A stretch of DNA of 64,000 bases from Eledone cirrhosa (taxonomy: Eukaryota), in assembly GCA_964016885.1 (NCBI GenBank), contig OZ024742.1:149854001-149918000 (forward strand), in the 5' to 3' direction. Below the pieces are notes generated by a model. That model saw only the letters and a program-made list of their open reading frames with translations, did not search any database and had not been told where the DNA came from. Position 1 is the first letter of the stretch. Every line of letters starts with the position of its first letter. Positions 1 to 13,412 of the stretch are shown here, in pieces. Position numbers and translations under genes: made by a program.

Positions 1-587
1 GAATGAAAAGAGTTCCCCCAAAATACAAAGCATCCTGTCTTATGCTCTAACAATTTCCCTAATCCACTGTACTGGAGTGGTACATTATTTTATGAACTTT
101 GAAAGAATGAAAGACAAAGTTGACCTTTGTGGGATTTGAACTCAGAATGTTAAGAACCTGAACAAATACCACAAAGTATTTCTGTTTGACATTCTTACAA
201 CTCTACTAATCCATTGCCTATATATTCTGGGGTGATGAATTGGCAGAATTATTGGGGCATCAGATTAAAAATACCTCAGTATTTGTTCCGGCTCACTGCT
301 CTCTGAGTTCAAATCAGCCTCAAGTCAACTTTGCTTTTCATCCTTTTGAGGTGGATAAATAAAGTACCAGTCCAGAAAGGGATGCTTCTTCTTTATCAAT
401 CTCTTTCTCTCTGGAGGGAGTACGGAACCAGCAATCTTCCAATCTGGAGAAGGATGAATTCCACCAGGTTTAAAATGGTCAAGACATGCTGTGTCACAAC
501 AACACTCCCTACAACTCCATCATGTGTTAAAGGCCTTTTACATTTTATTTATATATACTGAATCTTATTGCATTACTATATTGACTT

Positions 588-888
588 CCCATGGGTACAA
601 GCCGAAGCTGAAGTATATAGACAGTATGCCCCCACCTCCTCCCAATGTAAAGTGGTGGTGGATGTGTCACGATGAAAAAGCACCCAGTTCACACTGTAAA
701 GTGGTTGTGTAGGCACCATGGTAAAAAACACTGAGTACTCCCTGTAAATGAGGTTGGTGTTAGGAAGGGCACCCGGCTGAATGAAATCAAGCCAAAATCA
801 GTTCTGTATGAGCAGGCATTGCCCACAACAGGACAACTCGTCTAACCCATGCTAGCATGGAGGAATGGACATAAAATGGTGACGATGT
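588..888 (+). mobile_element. 3' end fragment of the RTE-like LINE family seen at 27050-28240
   Basis: CCATGGGTACAAGCCGAAGCTGAAGTATATAGAC...CTAACCCATGCTAGCATGGAGGAATGGAC aligns by eye with 28030-28240. Confidence 0.8.
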
Positions 889-1681
889 TGAGTTATTTTA
901 AAAGTAAGAATGTATGTAAATTATGATACATTTTTGTATATAAAGTTACCATCATGTTTATATGTGCACAGTGTTTATTTAGTTATGTGTATTTCTCCTT
1001 GATTTCTTTTCTCTTTCATATTTGCCTCTACTTACTATCTAGCTCATTTTATGGGGGAATGAGGGGTGTCTCATCAACATCACCAAACTCATGGCCCATT
1101 GCATTGGAGTTTTTTTCTCATCAACATCATCATTATCTCTAAACCCTTACAATATCTTTAGTCTTCTAGAATGGCCAATCTACAGTTTAATGATATCTAC
1201 TATTTAGTTGTTCTTTCAACCTTTGTGTCTGTGCGTGCTTTTTGACATATATGTATGTGTATGCATGCCTGTGTGTGTTTGCATATGTGTGTGTGTGTGT
1301 GAGTGTGTTTGCATGTATGTGTGCATGTGCGTGTATGTATGTGCATACATAGTTTTATTGCTGTGGTTGTTGTGGTGTTTTGTTAGTTGTTGGACAAAGT
1401 GTAGAATAGATTTTCTCATTTCAACTTCATTCTCACGGCCTTTTAATCTTCTAAATTATACATTACACTGTATTCCTTCAGCAAAAAGCAGGAACTGGTA
1501 GAATGATGAAAGAGAGGGCAGATCTGTGACTTTACACCACACCCTATATTTGTCTTTTATGTCAGTCTTGGTGCTTCATTTCTGTTTTGTGAGACTTTTG
1601 ACATTTTTTTGTTGTTATTTTGTGAAAATCAGTTGCGAACTCCAGAAGTTATGACGTTTTGTTGCATTGCACTACAGTGCT

Positions 1682-1743
1682 TCAGTCGACTCCAAGGAAG
1701 TGGTTAAAGGAGGTTATCTGCCAGGAGGCCCTATAATCAATAT
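1682..1743 (-). CDS. Speculative exon 2 of a 34-aa spliced small ORF
   Basis: Minus-strand acceptor CTTTCATTTTTCCAG ends at 1744. The phase-1 frame reads IDYRASWQITSFNHFLGVD*. No homology recognised. Confidence 0.25.
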
Positions 1744-2083
1744 CTGGAAAAATGAAAGTGCCCATGACCATCCAGAGTACATAAGTAACCTATGTCTTAA
1801 GTTTGGTGAAAATACTGTAGAAATGCATAAGGTTTATACGTGTGTGCGTGCGTGTGCGTATGTATGTGTATGTACGTCGGGGCATACGTATGTACTGGCC
1901 TAAATCTTCACTATTTACTTTTACTATTTTAATAACCTCTGTCATTTTCATTTTCAATTTTATTTCCATCATTCTTAAACTCCAGGGCTGGAAATCATTC
2001 TGTTATTTTAAATAGAATATTAGTCTAACGACTCCATTTATACCATAAACTTGGTCTTGTCTTTGCATGAAATTGTTCCTCAC

Positions 2084-2126
2084 GCTCCACATAACGACGT
2101 ATTATCCTCGCTTTTTTTCCGTTCAT
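2084..2126 (-). CDS. Speculative exon 1 of a 34-aa spliced small ORF
   Basis: GGCA-ATG at 2126 reads MNGKKARIIRRYVE+C, followed by donor GTGAGG at 2083. The phase matches the acceptor at 1744. Confidence 0.25.
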
Positions 2127-2400
2127 TGCCAGGGAACGTCTTCATGAACCAAAATATCGTGTTCCTGTTTTCGTTTGGTTGCAACGTTTCTTGAAATATT
2201 TACTTCTGCGTTCACAGATTACTCTCAGTTCAATTTGAATGGGAAATTCCTGTTTCATCGATTTTCTCTGTAACCATGGAAGCTTGTAGCTTGAAAGTCG
2301 ACCCAACGTCTCCTCGGGTCGTTCTGCATAACTGTGCATTCCACCAAGCCGTTTCAATTCAACGTTTATCCAACTACACCTACATATACAATGTCCGACC
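2084..2400. promoter_or_regulatory. CpG-retaining non-repeat segment with RFX X-box-like motifs (possible promoter)
   Basis: Visibly more CpG than the flanks. GTAACCATGGAAGC (2269-2282) and ATTGCCAGGGAACG (2125-2138) resemble the X-box GTTGCCATGGCAAC. Confidence 0.3.
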
Positions 2401-2420
2401 ACTTCCAATTTATATAGTAG

Positions 2421-2451
<31 letters not shown>

Positions 2452-2830
2452 ACAAACAGCTGCTCAAGAAGTTACAAATAGAAAAGATTATCCAGTGTCA
2501 ATAAAAAATGAAGGTTTTAGATTCTTTTTGAAGCCTAAGTTAGAAATTTTCCTATTGCTACTGACTGCCTGTTTCATATTTTGGGATAGTAGTGTCTATA
2601 TATCTTATTCCCATAGCTATTACTATCTGATCTATAAATCTTATTCCCACAACTATTACTATCTGATAATTAGAAGATATGAACCAGCAAAGGAACCAGT
2701 ATGTAGTCAATTGATTTGTTAGAAGTAACAAGCCAATTTTCCTCAAATCACACCATGATGCCTTAACCCTTTTGATACCAAGCCGCCTGAAACCACCCAT
2801 GTTTTCTTGATACTGAGTTGGTTATATCAA

Positions 2831-3051
2831 CCCTTTAGCATTTATATTACTCTATATATACTATTGTATTTTCATGGTAAAGGCTTTACCTCACATACTT
2901 ATCTCACATAATATCGAAGCTATAAGACTTTGATATTATTTATTTTGAGAACAATACCTTAACATCAGTATGAGTGGCTGGTTACAGCCTGTTTGGACAG
3001 AAAGAGGTGAGAGAATACTGGTCAGTTACAGCTGGTTTAAATGCTAAAAGG
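2831..3051. mobile_element. piggyBac-type MITE
   Basis: TIRs CCCTTTAGCATTTA / TAAATGCTAAAAGG, flanked by TCAA and TTAA. Confidence 0.65.
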
Positions 3052-3408
3052 TTAAAGTGTTTGTATGGACCCTGATGGAGTCATAGGGGCACTATAGTGA
3101 CATACATGAACATTTTGCACCTGGCAGAGTCCATCCTTTCTCCAGTTCTGAATACAGCCTATTTCTTCTAGGGAAGGAGAGAGAGAGAGTGACAGAGATA
3201 TGGAAGAAGAATTGATCCCAGAATTGGACTGGCCGAAGAGCGAAGTTGAGCATAGCAGGTTTTGAACTCAGAACACAGTGAACCAGAACGAATACTGCAA
3301 AACATTTTATCCAACATTCTAATGAGTCTGCCAATATCAAAATGTTTATATTTATCATAAATTTATTTAAGAATTTTTGTTAAGTTATGTTCTTAGACCA
3401 TAATATAT

Positions 3409-3589
3409 AATAATTGTTTCTACTTTTTGGCACAAGGCCAGCAATTACCCAGTGCATTACTGGTACTTTATTTTATCAATCCCATAAGGATGAAAGGCAA
3501 AGTCAACTTTGGCGGGATTTGAACTCAGATCGTAAAGGGACGTAACTATGCTGGAAAGCATGGCGTCCGACCCTCTACCGATACTGCCA
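3409..3589 (-). mobile_element. tRNA-derived SINE family A copy with a duplicated tail segment at ~3590-3632
   Basis: Reverse complement of the family A copy at 25274. Confidence 0.85.
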
Positions 3590-4924
3590 ATATAATAATT
3601 GTTTCTACTTTTTGGCACAAGGCCAGCAATTGTACTGCCAATATAATAATGATAATAATGAAATTATTGTGTACAGTGCTCAGGTGTAATATAACTAACT
3701 TAAGAAAGTAAGTTATATTACTAAATCGCTCTAAATTATTGATTATGTGCAAAATTATTTTGACATCTTAGGCAATGTTTTTCATTAGAAATATAGTAAT
3801 AAAGACATTTATTAGATAAGGTTTTCCTAGATACAACTCTGGATTAAACATTAATCAAAATATGCTTGGATATATACACTGACACTCCAACATAAAAGAA
3901 AATTTGGACAGGATGACAGCAGCATCAACAGTACACTGGGTAAACGCATGCATACACACATTCACATTCTTTCTTGATTGTGCATATGCTTACCCTCTAA
4001 AGCCTTTCTTTCACACACACAGAGACAAGGTCATGTCATAACTCTGCAAACTCATCACATCTATTATCACTACCACTACTGTCACCCTGTCCCTACTACC
4101 ACCACAACTTCCATATCATCACACTGCCACCACCACCACCATTAACTCTCTTCCTCACATTATCCACTATTGTCAACAAATGAGAAAAGTGTAGTTACAG
4201 TCATAAATACCCCCTCCCCATCATTTCTTATGTTCTTGCTGTGTTTGAAATGTCAGTACAGAAAAAATAATGGCTTTTTGGTTGAGAAAGAGAGAAAACT
4301 GCTGAGATTGGTAGTGATTGTAGTGGTGATATGGGTTGGTAGTTTCATTATTGTTTCTGTTGTTGTTTAACCCCACATCAGCTTTGATCTAGCAGACCTA
4401 CAACCAAAAACATTCCAGCAATTATCATCCCATCTTTTGTCATATGCAGGGAACCGAGGAACACATGATTCAACATGCTTTTTCCTGAGATGGCTAAATA
4501 TAATTCCAGTGTGGTATAGCTTCTTTTTGAAGCAACCGGTCCAATGACCCCCCACCCATAGGGGCTGCCAGTAGTGGTGGTGGTTTTGATGAAATGATGC
4601 ATGGTGTTGTCAGGGCTTTTTTAATAGGGGTTATTAACAGACCTTTACAAACATTTGTGAAATTTCAACTGCATCTTTCTTCATCATTAGACGCCACTTA
4701 ATACCCTGGAACTATACAACCTAATTAGAAAATTGTTCAGTTCACATCAATGTGAGAAAAATTGTTGATTATTTCTCTATATATATAAGTTGAATGTAAA
4801 ATGGGTCAACTTAAATTTGAGGTCAGAGAATTTCAAAACTAGGCCATCTAAACATAGTGTGTTGATTAGCTCCCTCAGCCTATAAAGGGGCAATTTAGAT
4901 GGTTACCCATTTCTCAGACATAAA

Positions 4925-4975
4925 ATAGAGGGTCAGCTTATATTCAGAGCAGCTTATATTCTAGTATGTAAGGTA
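4925..4975. mobile_element. Tc1/pogo-type terminal remnant
   Basis: GCTTATATTCAGAGCAGCTTATATTCTAGTATGTAAGGTA resembles Tc2/pogo-like ends (repeated GCTTATATTC then TACGGTA). No partner end found. Confidence 0.35.
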
Positions 4976-5419
4976 ATTGAAAACCATGCAAACTATAAGC
5001 ATATTTTTGTTGTTGTTGTTGATGAATATGGTAAATTGACTCGGTTTTAGAGCTTTGGATTAAATGTGTTGAGGTATTTCTTCCAGCTTTCTTTACTTTG
5101 AATTCGAATCCTACCAGTCAACTTTGTCTTTCATCTTCTCAGGGTGTGGTAAAATAAAGTACCAGGCCAGGTTGGTGGATAAGTAGAATCTGTTAGATTC
5201 CCATAGGTGTATGTTGATTGGATAGCACATAGACTATGTTGACTAGATAGGTCACAGTCTATCTATATGTTGACTGGTTAGACCTTAATTGGATGATACA
5301 CCAACCTTGCTTATTAGATAGATGCTAGTCTTTAGATATTTGTCGGAGCTTCCATTCTTAGACAGATGTTGACTGGCTGGAGGAAAGGAGATATGTACAA
5401 ATTCAAAACTTATAGCGCA

Positions 5420-5720
5420 GACACAACAACCCCTCTAATGTTGGGGATCTACATGAGAAAGACACCCAATATATGCTGTAAAGTGGTTGGTGTTAGGAAG
5501 GGTATCCAGCCACAAAAAGCTTGCCAAACAAAGAGTTTGGAGGACCCTTCAGTTGTGTCAAGGACAAGACAACCTCCCTAGTGCTTGTAATCTACATGAT
5601 GAAAGGACCCAGTATACGCTGTAAAGTAGTTGGTGTTAGGAAGCTTACTAAACAAGGGATTGGGATAACCCTTCAGTTTGTGTCAAAAGACATGTCAACA
5701 TCTGTGCACTCGATAGAACA
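5420..5720 (+). repeat. Modular LINE-3'UTR-derived repeat (about two ~125-nt modules)
   Basis: Module ACAAC..CCCT..TG..ATCTACATG..ACCCA.TAT.GCTGTAAAGT.GTTGGTGTTAGGAAG is repeated. Related clusters at ~10470-10770, 17680-17850, 19380-19625, 41290-41620 and 50630-51020. Confidence 0.7.
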
Positions 5721-6147
5721 TATGACCATACATAAGCAAGAGGGAGGTCAGTAGCTCTGCTTCAGTACTGATTTGATCTATGTACACCCATCCAATCCTG
5801 ATGTGATGGTGATGATATATCAACATCATTTGATGTTGGTTTTTGATAATGGCATGGGTTAGACAGGTTAGCACATTCTGAGGCTTGACTGGATAGGTGA
5901 CCACATTTTGCTCTTATGCTCAATTTTTAACTTGATTTCTACAGCTGGATGCCATTCCCAATGCAAACCACGGGGTTAAATTTAATGACAAAGACTTCAA
6001 TACTCAATTCTTGAACCCTTACAGTCTTAGGGTCACATATGTCTGCCAAACTTATGCACGTGTATAATTTTCTCAATTTTTTTTCTGTTCCCCTCCCTCT
6101 TCTCACTCTCTATCTTCTATTTCATCTTTTATTTCTCATCCTATATT

Positions 6148-6176
6148 CTAATGAAGGACTAGTGTCCAAAACGTTA
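6148..6176 (+). ncRNA. Degenerate minimal hammerhead motif in a Penelope-type terminal repeat
   Basis: CTAATGA-A-GGAC-TAGT-GTCC-AAAAC-GTTA, two G>A changes from CTGATGA/GAAAC. The sister copy at 41718 retains CTGATGA. Confidence 0.5.
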
Positions 6177-8439
6177 AGACTTTTCCTATTTTTCAAGCAT
6201 TAAACTACTATATTTCTTCATTTTACTGTGTCGTTTGCTTTGTTATTTCTGTTTACTTTTTACACACACACACATATATGCATTCATATGGATATATGCA
6301 TTCGTATGTATATGCATTCATATATACATATATATATATATAAATAAACTAAATACTTAAATATGTATGTACATGATTGTGTGTGCACCTGCGTGAATGC
6401 AGCAGCCTGAACAGTTTGAGTTGCAACTAAAAGCAGCCAAAGAAACAACCACCAGCCAACCAGCCAGTCAGCAGAGGAAACAAAAGCAGTCAGTCGGCAG
6501 TCTTAAAAGCTACACAATTTGTTTATAAATTAATGGACCCCGGTTGAGTGAGAGGAAATTGAGTTCTTTAGAGTAGGAAAGAAGAAGTGGTTTGGGGGTG
6601 TTAAAGAGGTGGTAGGGGGTGGAGTAACATTTACTGGAAATGTCTGGGAATTAGTTGTAGTTGAATTTCTGCTTGTTGTCTATGTATCCGGAGATTGTCT
6701 GGTTGGGGGCAGCATAGGAAAGAATAGAACCTTCCAGAAGAGCGAGGTCAGGTGGTGGGGAATAGTGGAAAAATGTGTATTTGTTTAAGTGTGAGTGATT
6801 CTGACAACTTGTATACAATTTCACTTATATGTGTACATCTTTTAGCGTTTTGATGTTCATATGTCAAAGATGATATTTATATACTTATATTTGAATGTAA
6901 ATGCATGTCAGTGTGTGTGGCGTGTGGTGTGTGGTTGGTGTGTGGCTGGTGTGTGGCTGGTGTGCGTGTGCGCGCGCGGCCGCAGGGGCCCCCATTTGTT
7001 CACAATAGCGAGAGATGGGGAAAGCAGGAGAGATAGAGGCAGTGAGAGTTTTGGTTCTTTCTGTCTTTGGACCTGATGTATATATATGTATATAGGAAAG
7101 AATGAGTCTTTCCCACCACCTTTTAAATTATTGTGGAAGCCCATTAAATCTACCGAGGAATAGAACTTGGACACAGGAACGAACGAACGCACACACACAC
7201 ATATTGTTCCCTTAAATATATACAACTAGGTTTATCTGTTGAGCATCTAAGCTATTATTGATCCCACTACAGTTAATCAGTTTTGAGGTACAGCTTCTTA
7301 TTCGAGACTTTGTTGTCCTAAAAGGTGCTGATAGTTTACAGTGGTGGAGAGAGGCTTGCATGGGTCTTTGTGACTCATAAAAACTATACTGTAGACAAAG
7401 ACAGGCTAGCCATTGAGCATTTCAACAATGCCTGGTGGGCCTGCTGAACTGGGTGAAAAATAACTGCTGTAAAGATCTCATAAAAATACTGAAGTTAGAT
7501 CAGCTGCACGAAGATTGAAATGAAAATGAAACATGCCTTAGCTTAGCAGTAAAAACATTCTTCTGGCCCTCGGCAAACAGTAGTTCAGTAGTTCTACAAT
7601 ACATTTTAAAGCTTTTATATTCATTTAAAAGTAACAAGCTTTATCATGAAAAAGTTAGATAGTTATATTATTAATCCCTCCAAATTTCTAATTATTTTCA
7701 AAATTTTTTGAAATTCATAGGCAGTCTCTTTCACTAGAAAGAAGAAAGGGCTAATGAAAGCTTTCAGGAGTAAGTCAAAGATATATATGTTGCTTACATA
7801 GCGTTTTTTATATTTTGCATTTTTTTTTCATGTTTAAAGTTATTAAAAAATGTCAGTTATTGTTTAATACTTTACTTCCAATTTTATATAAAATAATATA
7901 GAATTTATTTTATTTTCATTTTGGTATTTTTGTTTTATTTTTGTTTTATTTATTATAATTTTTTTGCCTATTTTACTTTAAAATTTTTTAGGACACTAAA
8001 ATAGGAGTAAACAATATAGGTTTTATATATGTTATCCAGCCTATACTAAGCATGGAAAACGAATGTTAAACAACGTTGCTGATGGAACGTTCTGTGTTTG
8101 TGTGTGCATATTATTTATTTTTATAAGTTATTTAAATGTAAGTAAAATGTTAGGATGTAAAAAAAAAAAAAAAAAATAATCAATTGAAATAAATAAAGTA
8201 AACAATATGTTTGAAATAAGAAATTCATTCAGAATTACCATGATTCACTCAATAAATTGACTGCTATTTCCCTGGCAACGCCAGATATCCCGAGACACAC
8301 ACACACATATAGATATATATTCATGTTTACAGATATATAGATATAGATACAAAAAAAAAAATGATAAAGATCGAACAACTCAGTGTGGAGTCATAGAAGC
8401 ACCATCATACGGTGTGTCTAGGGCACATTTAAACCTAGC

Positions 8440-8643
8440 GGAGCCCAACCCTCTCCAGGTCTGAACGCAGCTGATTTTTTCTATAGAGGAAGAATCGACC
8501 CCAGTACTGGACTTGTATTTTTTTTTTTATCGACCTCGAAAGGATGACCTTGGCGGAATTTGAACTCAGAGCACGCAAAGAAGTGGGACGAATACTGTAA
8601 AGCATTCTATCCGACGTCTTAACGACTCTGCCAATTCGCCGCC
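8440..8643 (-). mobile_element. tRNA-derived SINE, family A variant with a different tail
   Basis: Minus-strand A/B boxes and central domain. AAGAATCGACCCCAGTACT is shared with 56300-56458. Related copies at 60-218 (-), 229-372 (+) and ~3190-3333 (-). Confidence 0.75.
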
Positions 8644-8759
8644 TATATAGATATATACAATCATATATATATGGGGAAGATGTTAAACTCATGATCATAA
8701 GGTTGTGAGTTCAATTTTCCGAATGGGCTGTTATTGTATTCTTGAGCAAGATTCCTCAT

Positions 8760-10075
8760 TTCACAGACCTTTTCTAGATAAACAAAAAGCTAAATATAGC
8801 AGCTTATCCTTGGCTAGGAACTTCTCTTGTATTTGCCTCACTAAAAAGAGGGAATCTGTAGTACTTTTCCCAGGCATGAATGAACTGCATCTTGTCTAAT
8901 TTGGCTCTTTCTCTAATTAACTGTGCTATAACTCTTTCTGCCATTTTCATAACTTGGTCAATTAGTTTTATTCCTCTATAGTTGCTCCTTTCTAGAGCAA
9001 CATCTTTGCCCTTGGAGCAATTTATGATTATAGTGCTATGGCTATGACTCTGACCTGTATTACCTGATTGACTATGTGGGTTACTAATTTGATTCCTACT
9101 TTACCCAATGCTTTTAACATTTCAGCAATAATCCTCAATGGTCGAGCAGCTTTATCATTCTTCATCTCCCAATTGCTTCTTTGACTCTATAACTGTCAAC
9201 TTCAATAGCTGCACTTATGTTGGTAAGTTAAGAGTAGTCTCTCCTCCTTCCATTCATTCTGTACATTCATTAGTCTCAAATAGTAACATTTCCAGGCCCC
9301 TTTCTTTTGAGTGAAGTGCACCATTTCATTTCTAACACATTTTCCCCCAACAACATGACACACTGCCTTGCAATGTAGAACATTTCATATCGCTGATCCT
9401 CACATGTTGAGGCATTGACAAACTTTTCTTTTTCAGTTTCTCCCAAGCTGTAAATACCTGTTGTCTAGCTTCTCTCTTAGTTATCTGGTACCGGTCTCTG
9501 GTACCCCCATTTTTCCAGTCTCTTTGTTTTAATGGCTCTATCCACTGTGTTGTTCCACTACCAGGTCACACTTTGTCTGTTTGGCACTCTACTTCAGCCA
9601 CAAGTCTCATCAGACGTTTGTCACGCAAGAATTTCCAATTTCTACATTATATGTATCTAGTTCATCACCCCTCTCATCTCTCTTATCAAATGAATTCAAT
9701 AGGGCTTTTAAAGCCTATATGTAACAGATAGATCCTTTAGCTGCCAAACCTTCCATCTCTATATTTTCCTGCATATCTTGTTCTGTCTTGTGTTTATTTT
9801 AATGTCACTAATAACTAATTTGTGTTGGGGGCACATTCTTCCCCAGGGAAGGCCTTAGTATTTATCACAGTCCATTTATCTCAGTGTCTTACAAGTAAGA
9901 AATCAATTTAGCTTGTGTGTTCACCTGATGGCCATGTGATCAGATGGCTAGCTGGTTTCTTAACATTTGTGTTGCAAATGGTTACAGAATGTAACATGCA
10001 TTACAGAATTCAAGGAGCCTCAATCCCTCTTTATTTCTTGAGTCATAATCATAGCCACTGTGAACACTGAATTCA
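8760..10075 (-). pseudogene. Degenerate RTE-like LINE ORF (APE C-terminus, linker, RT N-terminus)
   Basis: Minus-strand motifs ICNTNVKKPASHLIT, IDFLLVR, KAFPGEECAP, KGKDVALERSNYRGIKL and FMPGKSTTDS, with stops and frameshifts. Confidence 0.85.
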
Positions 10076-11414
10076 ATTTCATTAGAAATAAGGTAATGAA
10101 AGGGTTAGTAACCAAAATAAATGAAAATGGACTATCCTGTTGAGAATGACATAAGCATCCAGTTGATTGATGAACTGAATTAGCTTGCCTGTGACTTAGT
10201 ATTCCACAGACATGTGTGCCATAAACATAACTCCCATGTCAAATCAACATGACACTGTGTGACAAAACTAGACAATTACTGTCCACCTGATGGGCTTTCA
10301 CATAATTTCTGTTTATTCAATTTCACTGACAAGACTTGAATTGAACTGAGGCTAAGGCAAAATACATTTGCCCAAGATTCTATGCAGTGGGAATGAACCT
10401 AGGACCACATGATTGTGAAGTGAACTTTTTTATCACTTGATAATGTCTGTTCACTTAAAATAAGTACATGATAAATGCACCTAGTACATTCTGTAAAGAG
10501 ATTAGAGAATGAGAGGGACATCTGACCATGGAATACCTGCCAGACAATAGGTCAGGAAGACTCTCCAACTGTGCCACATACATGATAACCTTTCTAGTGT
10601 TGGTGATGTACACAAACTATCACCCAGTACATTCTGTGACATGGTTGGGGATGGGAAGGGCATCCAACTGAAGAAAACCTGTCAAACAAAAGATCAAGAC
10701 TCTAGCTAAGCCAAAGCACGACAACTTCCCTAGTGTTGGTGTCATGATAAAATGCACCCAGAACACAGAATCGTATGTTGGGTCCCTTGCCTACTAAAAG
10801 TTCTGAGGCCTTGCTTGAGTACTGGCTGGTCTATAAAATGCCCAACCCTTACTAGCAGGGAAAATGGATGATAATGAATTCATTATTTCAAAACAAATTT
10901 CTATAAATAGATGCTGACAACCTTAAGTTAATTAAGAAATGTTGATTCACTCAATTATTGCATCCCAAACAATTAGAAGATTGTTCAAGTTGAGCTTTAT
11001 AAAAACCACATATAAAACCTAAAACAAAATTTTTCTTGGGAAAACATACTTTTGATTTTTAAAACACTGTACTAATTTACATAATTACAGTAACTGAATT
11101 ATTTTTCTAATCAATAATATTTTAACATCTACTGCAGTGCTTGTATTCTTTGATTTTTAATTTTAGTAAGAAACAGAAAATGTTACATTACCTATAACCT
11201 TTTTCTAGAAAAGTTGTTTTCCTTATGTAACATATTTAGCTACCCAGGTGTAAATTATGACCTTAGAAGTTGGAACATACATAAATATATTCACTTTTAT
11301 AGTTTAAGATAACAGCAAGAAAGAGCCTTCATTCAATATCAGTTCCCTGGATTCAGGTGTCACCTACCTATAACAAAATATCTTATAAGTCAATGAAAGA
11401 ACTTTTACTTTATC

Positions 11415-11610
11415 ACTCGACTTGCTAGAAATAGCAGCCAAATACTTCTCAAATTAAATGTTACTATCTTTAAAAAAGGAAGGACTCATTCAATAATGTA
11501 GTCCTTGTGTGGATATATTTTGAAAAATAATACAGAATAGCTATCGTTGGAAAGCTTTTAAATTGTTGTAAATCTACTTGGTCAGAGCTCACTTGGAGTT
11601 AAACAACACT
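11415..11610 (+). mobile_element. Dispersed repeat family C (probable SINE 3' half)
   Basis: TAGAAATAGCAGCCAAAT...ATAATGTAGTCCT...(GACCTGGGG)TTAAACAAC. Copies near 13210, 17555(-), 21620, 22240, 22495(-), 23285, 23490, 53640(-) and 57135(-). Confidence 0.7.
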
Positions 11611-12710
11611 AGCACTAATGAATTTACTTTGGTGAGTACTTAACTATATTAACAACACTGAATAAATCACAATAACCAATACACAACAACCAATAACATG
11701 TACTTCTATGAAACAAGGTGGGCATATAAATTTTATTTAATTAATATCTAACCTTTTGGTTTGTAGGCTACTAGACTCATCATTGTAGTTTCTAATTTTG
11801 GCACAAGGCCAACAATCTAAGAGAAAGGGAAAGTCGATTATATTGACCCAGTAGTTGACCGGAACTATATTTTACCAACCTTGGAAGGATGAGTTGAAAT
11901 CAGACAATCTAATGATTTTGCCAATCAACTGTCCTTAGACACATTATCATAGTACTGGAATAATATGATAAATTAATAATTCTTTTAACTTTAGGCACAA
12001 GGCCAGCAATTTTGGGGGAGGGGAAAGTCGATTAAATTAACACCAGTGCATTACTGGTGCTTTATTTTATCAACCCTGTAAGAATGAAAGGCAAAACTAA
12101 TCTCAGTGGGATTTGAACTTAGAACATAGAGGTCAGTAACTCTATGCTGCCAAAACATGGTGACCGACGCTCTACCGATTCTGCCAACCCACTGCCAATG
12201 ATAATTTAATAATAGAATAAACTTTTTACGAATCTATTAGATTTTGTTTTGAAAGAGTTGGTGTCATTGTGTGAGGTTGTTGTCTCTCAAATACACATTC
12301 CATTTGCTTATCCTAGCATTTTTCTATTCCACTGACAACAACAATAACCTCTCTACCAAACTATCGAGAAAAACCATTAACAATGCTCTTGTATTTTACA
12401 TTAAAAATCTACTTCATTAGAACTTGATAATTTTAGAAATTTATTAATATATTTTTGCTAAATCTGGAATTGTTCAAGAATCAGTTAAGTCGATTTATAT
12501 AATTTACTTGAGACGTTTGGCATTTTGCAAGTTGATCTAATGATAAATCCAGTCATCTAAGATTGTGTTATGAATTTTTGTGAAATTAGCTCAACATAAT
12601 TAAATCATTTGTAACACAATGTGATCAAACATTCCAAAATGTCTGTGTATGTGTATGCATATATTACTGCTGTCACCATATCATTGTCACAACCTTTATC
12701 ATCCTCTTAA

Positions 12711-12942
12711 CCCTTTCCTTGCCATATTTCTAATGATATACTCAGTATTTCAATTAATTAATGACGAATTTTGAAGGATCTACTAAAGTTATTAATTATT
12801 TTGTTACTAAGATAGTAACTTAACATATGGTTGTTATATAAAATTACGTCGTAAGATTTCATTTTACATAGGAATTCTTTAAAATAAGCAGTTTTGTTTC
12901 ATTGAGCCAGGGGCGATTTTGGTCAGGTTGGTATGAAATGGG
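12711..12942. mobile_element. piggyBac-type MITE with TTAA target-site duplication
   Basis: TTAA|CCCTTTC...GAAATGGG|TTAA. Internal sequence is shared with 13413-13652 (inverted), ~18330-18460, ~47590-47820 and ~58850-59092. Confidence 0.75.
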
Positions 12943-13412
12943 TTAACATTTATTTTTTCCATGTTATCAATTGGTTGACTGGGTTAGCAAAACAGCCTTT
13001 CCTTAATTGTCTCCTTGCAAACTTCTACTAGTTACACAAGTCATATTTTATCACACAGCATATATCATGTATTAATACATATATGTATATGATGGCTGCA
13101 AAATTTACTGGATTCATTTATTGTATAATGAATATATTACATTGTAAACTGTTATAAGTAATTAGTCTAACATCATTGCCATTCTATATTACATAACATT
13201 ACCAGAGAGCATTCGAGGCCATAAAGGAACTTCTACATAGGCACTTAACCCTTTAGAAATAACAACCAAATCTCTCTCAAATTACAACCTACTGCTTTTA
13301 AAAAAGGGCATATTGGATAATATGAACATATTCCTGATAAAATAGGTGGGATGGTTATGGCTGGAGTACCTTTGACTATAAATCTACTAAATCAGATCTG
13401 ACCCGAGATTAA

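Noticed and set aside
8262-8295. X-box or Helitron 3' hairpin (TTTCCCTGGCAACGCCAG)
   Set aside because: Ambiguous between the two, with no terminal CTRR and no supporting context.
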